DNA of 49,008 nucleotides, filler included, from Trypethelium eluteriae (Eukaryota), in NCBI GenBank assembly GCA_051942245.1. It is 2 parts of 2 records of this genome, joined end to end, with 100 filler letters (N's around TTAATTAATTAA, not from the genome) between each part and the next. Parts side by side here need not be neighbours in the genome. Positions count along the whole stretch, not along the records: positions 24,570 to 49,008 come from JAVECL010000403.1; 1 more part is not named here. The stretch is one strand, 5' to 3'. A model generated the notes under the pieces. The model made no database searches, was not told the origin of the DNA, and saw only the letters and a list, made by a program, of their open reading frames with translations. Shown here piece after piece: positions 35,285 to 47,321 of the stretch. The translations under genes were made by a program, and so were the position numbers. Each line of letters begins with the position of its first letter. Within the stretch, counting starts at the first letter, position 1.

Positions 35285-37028
35285 ATCCTACGATATTTTT
35301 CGGCAGCTACAGTTGGGAAAGCCGCAATGTAGCTATTCAGTAGTCAATTCCAGGAGATAGGTAGGAAGTGAGAGTTTCAGCTCGCGAGGAGCGCCGCATC
35401 AATATCATCGAAACACGGTACAGCAAGGCGAAAAAAGCGTTGATTGACTGTGCCGCAGAGAAAATATGTTGCAGTACATACACACTATGGCGTCATCAGT
35501 GGATGCGGGCCTCTATACAAACATCCGAAAGGAGGTTTTAACAGCAAGACAGCAAGCGATGCAGAATGGATCGATTTCTTCTTTGGCGTTCTTTACAAGC
35601 GCTAATACTTATCGAGTTGTGCGTGGGGGAGCTAGATGAGGTGGCTGGGATATCGTGAGTGAGAACTTTCCATCTGCTCCGTACATACTCCGTACTTGAC
35701 AGCGATGCAGCAGCTGGCAGTGTTCGATCCCAGTTCAGGATCAGACGCGCGTTCGCAATCCTCAAGATCCAAGCTGGCAATACGGGACTGCCTTGTACCT
35801 GATGCCCGGGCATCAGGTTGGAATGGTCAAAGCGATTACACGGACCTGGCGCACATTGTGGCGCTGTGAAGAGCAGACGAGACGGATGCACGAGCCACCT
35901 CTGCATACCTAGCTAAGGTAGCTCCACTTTCTAATCCTCCATACTTCAACCTTCATCCTTTCCTCCCACGATCTGTGCCGTCACCGTCACCGGCGAGACT
36001 CTGTAGGCAGCGATGAACTGGCAACCTTTACCGCCACCCCCTTGCCGCACCTTTGACATCATGATGCAGGCGCAGTGTAATGTATCGTCTTTTTGTCTTC
36101 AGTATCTACGTCTAGCGTTCTTACCTCCTGGTACTCACTTAGCGACTACCAATGGTCAAAACGTTCGGTATACGTTGCTATCTAAATACGCCGCACTGCT
36201 CTGTCCATGATGAGACCTCTGAGCCTATGAATGCCCTTGTGTCGCACTATCATTGTCCATATGCGTACGGAGCCTATGCTATTGTAAGAGGTCGAGCCCT
36301 TTAGCATCATGCTATCCAAAGAAATAAGTGTCCAGTAATACCAGAAAAGTCCCGTTCAGCTCTTAAGAATTCTACAGATAGGCCAGGCCATCCCTTCCGG
36401 ATTAGGTACCTCCAAGCCACTCCAGTACTCGTAAAATTGCATAAAATCAGTCTTCACAAAAAGAAAGTAAGTCAACTCCGCCTCTCCCAAGGCCTTTTCC
36501 TCTTGGTAACCCAAGTCTTCCTTTCATCCTCAGCCACGCTCTTCTATTTGGTGATGTTCCACCTCCATATCTTCCTTCGTATCTTCTCTCCTCCCATTAT
36601 CGCCCTAGGTAATGGATAGTGGCAGACATGGAGCAGCGGCCATTTCCCTAACCAAGCCGAGGACGTCATCTTGCCTCAAGCCCAATACTCTGAAGTGGCA
36701 ACAGGTGCCTTTCCAACCCGTCAGCCTTGTGTGGCGTTCAACCAAGGCTTAAATCTCTCCAATTCACCAACCTCCTCCTAATTCCATTCCCTCTCCTATC
36801 CTTGCTTTAAGCTGTCTTCTTGAACGGGACAAAGACTCACGCCTGAATTTGAGTCCTCTTTTTTAGAATATCGGTATGTTTAAATTGCTCATCTTCACTT
36901 TGATGGTCGCACTACCTAATGTATGTGAAAGCTGTGCAGTGCACCTGCTGCGAGTCGGGTCAGATTGTAACATCTGATTGGCCTGAAGCATCAAGTCAGA
37001 AAAAAATCTGGATCTCTCACCACTAGAG

Positions 37029-38741
37029 ATGTCGATAGGATTTTTCCGTTATCGCGACTCGGTTCGTGAGTCTTTGGACGAATGGCCTGAACTGTCCTGG
37101 TTAAATCGATTTCTTCAAACGCCGAGCCCGGTTGGTGGATCTGAAACATCTGCTCAGGTCTTCGATCTCATCGGCACACACTTTATAGCATCTCCAATTG
37201 ATGGTACACCTGGTTCGCTGGCCAACATGCTCAACACTCAATCACAGGACTCGCGGTTCCGTGTGGTACTACTCTGCCATGGGGACAGCTGGAACGTTGA
37301 ACGTGACGTCGTCGATGTTATTGGTGATCGATACGATGTAGATCCTCGAGTTATGGCTAAACATTTTGACTATCGGGAAATCAAACGGGAGAGTAACTGT
37401 CCTGTGGACATTCGCCAAGGGTTGGTCAACGTTGACCGTGACTATATTAGTAACAAGTATACTTGGAAGCTGGGTGGTGATTTGATTTGCTCACTATCCA
37501 CGCCTCTTAACTCGTGGTTCTCTTTCAACTACGATCATGAGTGTCTTTCCTTTGTCGTCCGTAAGGACTCTTCCAAAACAACATGTACGTTAGAGATGTC
37601 CCTTTTCCGAATATTTCATGAACGTTAACATGAGAAAGTGCTAGTGCTGCTTCGTGCATCACAGGATAGCCTAATCGACATGTCACGTGTCTTCTGGTAT
37701 CATTCAAATGCACACGGCGCAAGGTCAAATTTTCAGAAACCTCGGCACTCAGCTTCTCTCGGTGACTATTTTGTTAGTGCTCTGCTGGACTCGGAGTTCT
37801 CTGAGGCTACTGAAACGAGTCGTATCTTGACGGGAGTAATTCTGCCATACGTCACCAATTTGACGAGCTGTTGTGTTGCAAGGTATCACAGAGAGTTAGC
37901 TCCAGCAGTACTGAGAGCGCGGAGTGGTCTTCGGGTGGACGAAGAGATCCTTTTTGACGATATTCGACAGACAGTGGTTCTGCGGCGTCAAATTGAATCG
38001 TTTCTGCATGCATCCTATGTGCAAGGAACTGAAATGGATCGCACCACAAAATTCGGCTTTGAAGCGTGTCGTCTTCTTTGTGAACTCACGGAAGACCTTG
38101 AAAGACTTCGATCTTCTTGTAAGACTGGTGATAGATCGAGCCAGACCGAATATCTCGAGGAACTTATGCAAGCCCAGGTAGACGAAGTAAAGGCATCCAA
38201 AGCTACCTCAGAGCAGCTTGGCCTTTTGAGCCGACTGGCGTACGTATTCCTCCCTTTACAGTTAACCACTTCGGTATTGGGTATGAACTTGAGAGATTTT
38301 GGATCTGGCCAGGTAGAGCTTCGTACCTTTTTGGTCGTACTCTCAACGATTACTTCTCTGTCCTTTGTACCTTTGCTGTTCCCATTAGTCTTTGGGCCAC
38401 CTTGGAAGAGGATACCTCAGGTCTATGAGATCTCTCGGTATTCACTAAGAGTCGGCCTCCTTTTTGGATGGTTTTGCTTTTTTCATTCAGAACATATCAA
38501 TGATAGAGTTTGGGAAAGTGGTATAGAATGGGACGTGAAAGCTTTCGAGATCAGATCTGCATTTAGAAGAGATATCGGTAGCGAAAAGTGGACCAATCGG
38601 CGCAGAGGAGTATTAGAAGCTTTGGAAAGGCAACACTTTAGCTTCTTCCCGGGATATTGGCAGACGCTGCTCGACAAACTTTTCGAAATTGTCGACTCTC
38701 CTGGATGGCAGGGAAGAGCAACACGACCTCACGCCGCATAA
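37029..38741 (+). CDS. Hypothetical protein with a C-terminal CorA-like two-TM module
   Basis: Exons 37029-37584 and 37639-38741 (GTACGT...AG, phase 1). Contains LSRLAYVFLPLQLTTSVLGMN (GMN motif) followed by a second hydrophobic segment. Confidence 0.72.
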
Positions 38742-39514
38742 AGTCACCGGTATGCTGCAGACTACTTGTACTGTCTGCTGACTCACCTCGTGGGAAGTCG
38801 CAACTGCAAAGCCTTTGGAAAATGGCCTTGCTGGTTCCAAACCGTTCCCCAGGATCTGCGTCAAGGATTCGGCTCTGCAGAGACTCCCAGTCGCAGATTC
38901 AAATAGAGGGTTTTCTTAATCACTAAAAGCGCACGGCCGTATTGTTAAGTAGCAGGACTGATAACTGGGTAAAAACGAGATATCTCATTTCTGGGCATTC
39001 TGTGTACGGCGTTGCATGTAGTCGTTGCCTTTGCCATTGTATAAAGCATACATAAAGAGAATAATGATATTTATTATTCTGATGCAATGACTTCAGATGT
39101 ATCAAGCGCGCGGAACTAAGATAGTCAGTGAGGAACATTCTGCCTTTCCGCTTCTTAGACGTCAGAATCTTTTGAGCGATGAACCTAACAGTACTACTTT
39201 ATGACTTTTCTAAGACTCAGCAACCTGTGTACGAGTTTTCCTAACCAGCTGCATGTGCGCACCACCTCCATATCCCTTTTTTTTTCACCTAAGAACTCCT
39301 AATATTGAACCCAAATATCTTAATGACCAGATAAGGAATTGAATTCTATTCTATATACTTGAGGAGAGAAAAGTAAAAATTTCATTTCCTGATTCTTAAT
39401 TTTTCTTTTTGACAACACACGCGCGAACTACTGTTCCCCGCAAGACCGCAGGATTTATGCCTACCGTACAATTTCGCCGGACTGAGCCTACTCACGAGTG
39501 GAAGACGGGTCAGT

Positions 39515-39651
39515 GATAAAGCGATAATTTAAAGACGCTCGGCGAAAGGCTATCGTACCGAGCTCAGATGATGCCAGTTCCATCAGCAAACTTTACCTAA
39601 GAGATAAGTTGAGATAATCGGAGGGCGGAGTGACGCCATCGGATCTGATAA
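39515..39651 (+). promoter_or_regulatory. GATA-site cluster including an SreA-type ATCWGATAA element upstream of GRX3/4
   Basis: GATAA at 39515, 39523, 39603 and 39613, plus ATCTGATAA at 39643-39651, about 107 bp before the ATG. Confidence 0.7.
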
Positions 39652-39757
39652 TAATCATCGAATTACTAAATTATTGAGGACTTGAATCTTTGCAAGCTTC
39701 TTCAACTACCCTGCGCTTTCCTCTCCACTCTCGCAATTTCTTTGCTTCTCTTTCACA

Positions 39758-40796
39758 ATGGATTCCACTCCACTTGATCAGCAAGCACCTAGTGCTAGCA
39801 ATGGCACCTCCAACTCCACCTGCACCGTTACTGAGATTACCACCGAAGCCGACTTTGCGCAGCATACCTCTTCCCTCCCCTCGGAAACCCTCCTCATAAT
39901 CTATTTCCATGCCCCCTGGGCCGCTCCTTGCAAGCAAATGTCTACCGTCTTCTCCACCCTCGCGAGTACGTACCCAGCCACACAACCCCCATCGACCGTC
40001 TTCCTCTCCATCAACGCCGAAGAAGTCGCCGAAATCAGCGAGTCCTACGACGTCACCCAAGTCCCCTACGTCGTCCTCCAAAAAGACCGCCAGACCGTCG
40101 ACACCGTCTCCGGCACCGACGCCGCACGCCTACGCGCCGCCGTCGAGCGACACGTCGGAAAAGCAGGAAACCCAGGGAAGCTGGGTCTTCCGCCACCGCA
40201 GCAGGTGACCAAGCAGCCTGAGTCGGTCGCTACCGCAGCAGCAGCGGGAGTCGGCCCACATACGAACGGATCGGGCACTACGAACGGTGCAAAGAACTTG
40301 GCTCAGTACGCGCCGGGGTCGGGCGACCCGCCGACGGCACCGGCGTACAGTTCGGGGGAGAATAATAAGGCGGAGTTGCATGCAAGGCTGGGCGAGCTGG
40401 TCAAGGCGGCGCCGGTGATGCTGTTTATGAAGGGGACACCCAGCGCGCCACAGTGTGGGTTCAGTCGACAGACGGTGAGCATACTGCGGGAGCGGGGCGT
40501 GCGGTACGGGTTCTTCAATATCTTGGCGGATGATGAGGTGAGGCAGGGCTTGAAGGAGTTTGCGGACTGGCCGACTTTCCCGCAGTTGTGGGTGGATGGG
40601 GAGTTGGTCGGGGGATTGGATATTGTGAGCGTGGCTGTTCCTTGATAAGCTTGCATTTTGACTTGGTTTGCTAACGTGAGGATAGGTTAAGGAGGAGATT
40701 GAGAATGATCCGGACTTCCTGAAGCAATATGCTGTGAGTACAGAGAGGAATTCTGGTGGTCCGGCAGCTCCAGAGGCCCAGGCACAGCCTGCTTAG
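39758..40796 (+). CDS. GRX4: Multidomain monothiol glutaredoxin (Grx3/Grx4/GrxD)
   Basis: Trx-like domain FHAPWAAPC and Grx domain FMKGTPSAPQCGFS...WPTFPQLWVDGELVGGLDI. Intron 40625-40685; last exon 40686-40796. Confidence 0.95.
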
Positions 40797-41103
40797 CACG
40801 GTCTTCCCAAGTCAATCATTCACTTTTATAACGTGCAGGTCACTGGCTCCTGGCTGTAGCATTGCTAGCGTAGTGTAAAGATTCCTCGAGACGAGTATGG
40901 CGCGATCAGTCGCGAAAGAATGATACTCACGAGGAATGTGGACTTGGAAGTTTAAAGCATTCACGACCTATATCATGACTCGAAATAAGATACTGGTCTG
41001 TTTAGATCTATTATACATTTACATGTAATTGTTCATGTTCTTGCCTGGTTGGTGGCGTCAGCTCCTGTGTCCCGTCAGATCAAAACTCTCTTGTTCCCTT
41101 CGA

Positions 41104-42441
41104 TTACGAGTTAATGCCAATTAAATTGTGATGAGCCTCCTGCAGATGTTCGGCCCACCGTTTTCGCTCGTCGAATAGAGCACCACACTCTGTGTGTGCG
41201 CATTCATAGGAGACATTTGAGTGAGCATCCGTGTGTACGAGCATTTCCGATGAGTTTCTGAACCGGTGATGACAGCTGATCCATGGACAGTGGAACGGTG
41301 CCACTGGCATCTCCTCTTCGTCCTTTTGTGACGTTTGAGTCTGGTTGTTTGAACGATGAGTGTTAGTATAGTTGACGTATTTGGGCTGATTCTGTCCTCT
41401 AGAGTCCGGTTTCGAATGATCCTCTATTGGCCAAACGTGACGCGGCGAATTTTGGACGGTACCCCGAGCAATATGGCCACAGAGCAAGTCAAGCCTTCGT
41501 GATGCTGACATCTTCAAGCAGCCGGTCTTCTGTTGAGAAATCCCAGAAGCATTGACTTCTGTTTTGGCAGCATTCATTGCGGGCAAAAGGTCACCCCAGA
41601 TCCCGTTCGTATAGCAATCAAGAACGTGCTTCCAATCTGAAAGGAGTTCATCGGCATTTGCACCATACGCAGACGTGTTAGACAGGCCTTCGGTGCAGAT
41701 CCCCCTCTGATAGGACGGTTTAGGGAGTTCAGCGTGGCTTGTGTCGACGAAGCCTTGCTCGTCAGGAGCAGGGAGCTGTTCCATTGCTGTTTCCGGTGAT
41801 TTGCTATAATTACGATCCATAGGCGTCAGATCTGTGTTAAGATTGGTATCTGGAAGAAGCATTCTAACTTCAGATCCGTCCTCTAGGCTGAAGTGGCCAT
41901 CTCTTGCGGAATGATGCTGGTCATAATTGTTACGCCCGCTGGACGAGCCACTTAATGCAGTGTCCGTTGGGGTACTCTCCCACGTAGGAATAACAGGTTC
42001 GCCTTTCCTGTCGATGATTGGACGGGTTTTGCTATTTCCAGGCAGATCAAAATGCTCAATTGGCGTGGCAGGAGTGATATTCTGATTTCCTTGGAGGAAA
42101 GCCTGAAAGTCGAATTGCAGATTTGTTTCATCCTCGCTTTTTTGAATGGCGTCTCCTTCAAAGCCCTTTGGACTCTTCGACCGAAATCCCTCGTGCGCAT
42201 GATTGCGGATATGCGTCCTTTTTGGGAGCAACGCTAGCTTCTCTGAACAAAGCCGGTAATTCCTATGTCCATTGGAGTAGGTCTGCGTCTTCGTAGCGGA
42301 AGCAGCTAGAGGGGAGGAAGCAACACCTTCTAAGCCTGCACTCGTGCCGCCCAGTAGGCCTTTCGATAGTCCTTGTGCCGATGCCTTTAGATTCGACACG
42401 AAGGACGGCTTTGGCTCTTGAAGCCGGTCTTTATGGGGCAT
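41104..42441 (-). CDS. Hypothetical protein with two C-terminal C2H2 zinc fingers
   Basis: 445-aa ORF with FHCPWISCHHRF...LVHTDAH and YECAHTECGALF...WAEHLQEAH. Confidence 0.7.
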   Translation of the reverse strand: MPHKDRLQEPKPSFVSNLKASAQGLSKGLLGGTSAGLEGVASSPLAASATKTQTYSNGHRNYRLCSEKLALLPKRTHIRNHAHEGFRSKSPKGFEGDAIQKSEDETNLQFDFQAFLQGNQNITPATPIEHFDLPGNSKTRPIIDRKGEPVIPTWESTPTDTALSGSSSGRNNYDQHHSARDGHFSLEDGSEVRMLLPDTNLNTDLTPMDRNYSKSPETAMEQLPAPDEQGFVDTSHAELPKPSYQRGICTEGLSNTSAYGANADELLSDWKHVLDCYTNGIWGDLLPAMNAAKTEVNASGISQQKTGCLKMSASRRLDLLCGHIARGTVQNSPRHVWPIEDHSKPDSRGQNQPKYVNYTNTHRSNNQTQTSQKDEEEMPVAPFHCPWISCHHRFRNSSEMLVHTDAHSNVSYECAHTECGALFDERKRWAEHLQEAHHNLIGINS

Positions 42442-42988
42442 GCTTTCCGATGCTGTGACTGCTTCTCTTATCTTCTCTCTTCGAATAGGCGCGAGACATC
42501 AACCCGTCCCACTTCGCCACTAGATTTTCTGAGATGCATTGATAGAATTGCTTTGACAGCTCTGCACGAAAGTAAGTTGATTCAGAGCTTTACAACACTG
42601 ATTCTCACGATTGTTATAAGGTATTCAGGCAAACACCATGGCATTCTTGTTTCATCATCAACTCAAGTCCACGACGAAAGTGAGTTGGAGCAGTGGCGTG
42701 AAAATCTCCTCGGTTCATTGCTCTCAAAGCAGTCATGGTTACCGGGACTCGCGTGGGGTCTCCCGAAATGTGGGGGAACGGGGCCCCAAGCCGGACCAAT
42801 TAGAAATTTTCCATTTTACATTTCGTTTCGATGACTCTTTGGACTAGACTTTCAATGCTATGGTTTGGTTTCAAATTTGCTAGATCGACAATCTAAAAAT
42901 TCTATTTCGGTGTCCCGAATAGTTTGAACGCCGCTGCTATGCAAGAAAAGAGAAGACAAGAGAACATATTATTTACAGTACAAGGAAT

Positions 42989-44434
42989 TCAAGATGATAT
43001 CAAGATCTTCCGAGCATGGTTCCTCGAGCTTCGTTGAGATTTTGTGAGATGGTCCTTCATATGTGAATGAGCGTGGTACGGCATCGCAGCTCGCCGAGAC
43101 AACGCTGGAGTAGAGCTCGTACCAAGTATCCCACTTAGTCCAGCACCTGCGATGCCATTGTTGAGGATTGTTTGCTGGCCACCCGCTTTATCTCCTTTGA
43201 TTTTACCTCCCGTAGATGAAGAGGTGAGGTATTGTTTGAGGGCCGCAGGACTTCCGGCTAGCGTAGCATTCGAGGCCATCAAATAAGCCATGACGCCCGT
43301 GACGTGAGGCGTTGCCATGGATGTCCCGCTCAAAGTATTGACAATATTATCCCCGCCAATCCAGGCACTTACAACGTCCTCTCCGGGAGCATAAATGTCA
43401 ACACAAGATCCGGTATTGGAAAAGCTGGATACGGCGTCGGACATGCCAATACTACCAACCGTGATAGCAGGACCACTCCCACCAGCAGACGCTGGCGAGT
43501 AGTTACAAGCATCTTTCCCATCATTTCCAGCAGCAACACTAACGTGGACACCCGCCTTCACAGCTGCAGAAACTGCTTGGTCGACAGAAGGAGTGACGGC
43601 GGAGAGACCCCAGCTCATGCTCATGACACTTCCAACGTATCCCTGCTCGCTTTGCCTCGCATCGTGCTGTTGTATCACCCAATCCATCCCAGCTATCGTG
43701 TCAGAGCTCAACCCAGTACCATTGGCGCCAAGCACTTTTACCCCGATCAGGTTAGCTTGAGAAGCAACGCCAAAGACAGCGCTTGCTGCGGTCCCACTGA
43801 CGTGAGTGCCATGCCCGTCTTGGTCCGTTGCGTCCTGTTCGAAAGAGAAACCCATTCGTGCACGGCCTTCAAAAGCAGCATGCTGCGTGTTGATACCTGT
43901 GTCGACAATATAGATATCGACGCCAGAACCAAGCTTAGGATCGTCGTACGAATAGGTGAAGCTCATCGTGCCGACATTTCCACTGACTGCGCTTTGAGAA
44001 GAGATTCTCTGGAGACCCCAGGGACTATTGGAGCGAGCTATTTCCGAACGTGATTCGATATGAACGGTTTCCTCCACAACGGATACATCTGTCATGTTGT
44101 TCAATGCATTGATACAGTGAGACTTCATGTTAGCGGCGAACCCCCGGAAGGCCGAATTGTTGAATGTGTAGCGCACATCGCTGTGGTTCGAGGAAAGTCC
44201 TAGGCGCGATAAGACCTCTTCAACTTGAGGGGGAACCGGCGCGGAGCTGTTAAAAAGGACAATGTGTTCCGCTCCACCAGAGCTGTGGCTCAAACTAGTA
44301 GAGTTTGGATGGATAGTGCCGCCAGCATTTGATGCTGGAAAGGATGTTGTATTTGATTGCGTGGGATCGCTCGGGATAGCTAATGCTAGGGGCGCACATA
44401 TAAACAGAATGCTCAATGATGAGGAGATTCTCAT
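42989..44434 (-). CDS. Secreted subtilisin-like serine protease (S8A, proteinase K-like) with I9 propeptide
   Basis: Signal peptide, propeptide (FRGFAANM), PWGLQRIS, and catalytic motifs DTG, HGTHVSG, AAGND and SGTSMATPH. Intronless, 481 aa. Confidence 0.95.
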   Translation of the reverse strand: MRISSSLSILFICAPLALAIPSDPTQSNTTSFPASNAGGTIHPNSTSLSHSSGGAEHIVLFNSSAPVPPQVEEVLSRLGLSSNHSDVRYTFNNSAFRGFAANMKSHCINALNNMTDVSVVEETVHIESRSEIARSNSPWGLQRISSQSAVSGNVGTMSFTYSYDDPKLGSGVDIYIVDTGINTQHAAFEGRARMGFSFEQDATDQDGHGTHVSGTAASAVFGVASQANLIGVKVLGANGTGLSSDTIAGMDWVIQQHDARQSEQGYVGSVMSMSWGLSAVTPSVDQAVSAAVKAGVHVSVAAGNDGKDACNYSPASAGGSGPAITVGSIGMSDAVSSFSNTGSCVDIYAPGEDVVSAWIGGDNIVNTLSGTSMATPHVTGVMAYLMASNATLAGSPAALKQYLTSSSTGGKIKGDKAGGQQTILNNGIAGAGLSGILGTSSTPALSRRAAMPYHAHSHMKDHLTKSQRSSRNHARKILISS

Positions 44435-45493
44435 GATGGTTCTCGTGCAGATTCGTATAAAAAATCAAAGTAGGCAGGAATGATTTTGGGTAGAAGCAGA
44501 AGAGCTTCAAGAATGTAGTGGTGTAAATTGAATTAGTTCGAAGAATAGGCCAGACGTGCCAGCACGCGGATATGAACGAAAGAATGGGTGAATCTCGAGG
44601 ACTGAGTAGTGAATGGGATGAGCTAGGGGAAACTGCATGCTTTTGAGACCTACCGCTCTGCCGACAATGGACAGGCTCGACAATCGCATTGTTGCGAGGG
44701 TCAGTACAAAGGCGTCTTGTGATGGACCGGTTTAGTAACAAAAGGCTCGTGTTTGCCATTGTTCGTAAATGTCCGACGCCTATGGGAACACACGGCGAGC
44801 CTTCTTCTGATGCTGGTGCTAAACATTGTTTCAGTGAGCACTGCCATGGTTGCAGCGGTTGTGGCTGCGAAGCAAGAATAATTGGCTTGGAGAGCCTGAC
44901 TGTTCAGGTCTGCAGGGACGTTTGACGGGTGCTATTGATTGATTGGTGAGGGCAATCTGAAACAGGCCCAGGCTGTAACCGCCCGTACCGGTTTCGAGGG
45001 CGCGTCGCCATCAAACTGAGGCCGGAGGCTCACGCGTCCGAAGACGATTGACATTGTGGGCCACTGTGCCGGCGTTTGGTCAAGGTCTCCTCCAGCACTC
45101 CTGCTTCGCGCAGGCTGAAGAAAATCAAAAAGGAGGCAGGTTGACGCGATATCGTGATCGTATCCGGCTGAACTGGTAGACAGCGTCACTGTGGGTCCAT
45201 TGTAGCGGGGATTGTCGGCGGTTTTTCTTCCAGATGCCGCTTTGAGCTTCCTCTGGGCCGGTACCTGGCTCTTGTACGTACCTCAATTATCGATGCGTCC
45301 CACTATGAGAGAACTCACTCTAGTTTTCCGACCCCTTTTGCATGACCCTTCTGATGGGTTTGTGAACTTCGTGCGCATCCAAAAGACCAATCCTTCGGAC
45401 GTGCTGTCATTCAATATGCTTGCTGCGAGCTAACCGACTATCCAAATCATCTTCAGAGCCTTCCGCCAAGAACAGGAATCTTAGGCCTCCAAC

Positions 45494-46696
45494 ATGGTTC
45501 AGTTTATACCTGCTCCTGAGCCCCGGGAGCTTCTAACCCCACTGCTGGCCTGCCTTCCTACAGCATTCGTTGCACCACGGCCGCCCCCAGACTTTCTTCC
45601 TCTCCTTTCGCCCATTCTGCGGCAACGAGTGCAGCTACTTGCGGGCAATGGCTCTACTGCATCAGGCTCGTGGCTCCCTTTACTTTGTTGGGATTCCCAG
45701 CACGCTTCGAAACTGCCTGAAATCGTCGAAAATATTCAGCTAGAGCCACACCCTGTTTCCGGAGAAGTAGAGCTTGGCGATGTTGCTCCCGCAACCTACA
45801 GACGCTCCGACCCAGAGACCTTACACGCTCGATTAGAGTTGGAAGAGCATGGACTTGCCCCTATATATCTTTGGTGTATGGGTGACGATTCGGCTGGAGG
45901 CCATGCCTGGCGCCTGGCAGAATTACGCACACTGGGGGAAGTGCCAGAAACTGGGAGACCATGGACTCGAAGCATTACTGAAGCCGATGAAGCATTCAAG
46001 CAGGCGGCTATAGATGACGCAATTCAGGACGGAAACAGTGTACCTGGTGGAGGCCTTTCTGCTAGATCTGGGCAATTGCAGAACAACGGACTGGAAGACG
46101 ATGACGATGACGATGACGGATATTGGGATTCTTATGACAGAACGCCAGGCCGCACCCCATCAAAGCGTTCGCCTGCCCCGGTATCCCTATCAGCTATGAT
46201 GACGGATCGGAAACGCTCGACGTCAGAGCTCGACTACTACGCACGATACGAAAATGAGGTTCAACCAGCTTTGGACACCGAGGATCCCTCGGAAAAGGAT
46301 GCCGGAATACATGAGTCGACACTCAACGGCAATGAGCTTACCCAGCGAATGGAGTCGAGTCATGCAATGGAACCCCTGCCAACTGCCAATGGTGGATTAT
46401 CAAATGTCAACTCGTCTTTATTACCACCACTACAAACTCAAGGATCCCACGACACGGAAAATGAAAGATTCAGTCATCCTCAGCCTATGTCAGCTTCATC
46501 TGCTGAGCATATCGCTAGGCTGGAGGCAAGCGTAGCTAATCACTCGCAAGCCGAAGTCGGTATTCGACAACACATTAGTTTTGAGTTGAAGAACTTGTTT
46601 CGTCTAGCGCGATCGGCGGGTATTGAACGAGATGAGTTTGACCAAATCATTGATAGGGAACTTCAAACCCTGAGCATTTTTGACATCGATGAATAG
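45494..46696 (+). CDS. Conserved fungal hypothetical protein (400 aa)
   Basis: Long ORF with a good start context, a structured N-terminus (LLACLPTAF...LLSPILRQRV), an acidic DDDDGYW tract and a helical C-terminus. No function recognised. Confidence 0.75.
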   Translation: MVQFIPAPEPRELLTPLLACLPTAFVAPRPPPDFLPLLSPILRQRVQLLAGNGSTASGSWLPLLCWDSQHASKLPEIVENIQLEPHPVSGEVELGDVAPATYRRSDPETLHARLELEEHGLAPIYLWCMGDDSAGGHAWRLAELRTLGEVPETGRPWTRSITEADEAFKQAAIDDAIQDGNSVPGGGLSARSGQLQNNGLEDDDDDDDGYWDSYDRTPGRTPSKRSPAPVSLSAMMTDRKRSTSELDYYARYENEVQPALDTEDPSEKDAGIHESTLNGNELTQRMESSHAMEPLPTANGGLSNVNSSLLPPLQTQGSHDTENERFSHPQPMSASSAEHIARLEASVANHSQAEVGIRQHISFELKNLFRLARSAGIERDEFDQIIDRELQTLSIFDIDE

Positions 46697-47321
46697 TCAT
46701 GATACCAATTCCATGTATTTTGCTTGTCCTATCACAAAATGCAAGTCAAGTCACATTAATGTGCACAGCCGCTTCTTCTCAGTTCTTCACTTCCCCTGAT
46801 GACCCCCGAATGTATTCCTCACCAAATCAAATGAGTCTACTACTTTAAAGCCATGAATAGATCGATATAAAAGTTACAAATCTCGGGTAAAAGATCAAGA
46901 TTCTTCCGCGAGTGCCATCTTCGGAATTGAAAGCTTTTCGTCGCTTCAGACCTAACCGGATTCGTCAACGGCTTCGCTCCTTTTGGCAAGATGTGGAGAG
47001 ATGGGACAAAGCCTATCAGACTTGATTCTCGATGGGCAACGGAAGAGTCCGATAATGATCTCTACATCACAATGCATTTGTCTAAGCGGCATAAGGAATG
47101 ATCCATGAACAAAGAACTTGTGACGCGCGAATGAGCTATCTAGTCTGTCCCTAATATATGGCAAGAATGTAATTCGCAAGCCCGAATCTATTATATCGCA
47201 CAGTACAGGGAAGCAGGCTTCGTTGAAGGGAAGCTCTACAAAAAGCTGGTCTTTTTGGACTGGTGTTTCCATCTCATACCCTACATTGTTCGTACACTGC
47301 ATATACAGAGGTGTAAACGGC

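Noticed and set aside
43304..44053. 249-aa antisense ORF over the subtilisin gene
   Set aside because: It has a non-ATG start and Arg-rich shadow composition with no domain.
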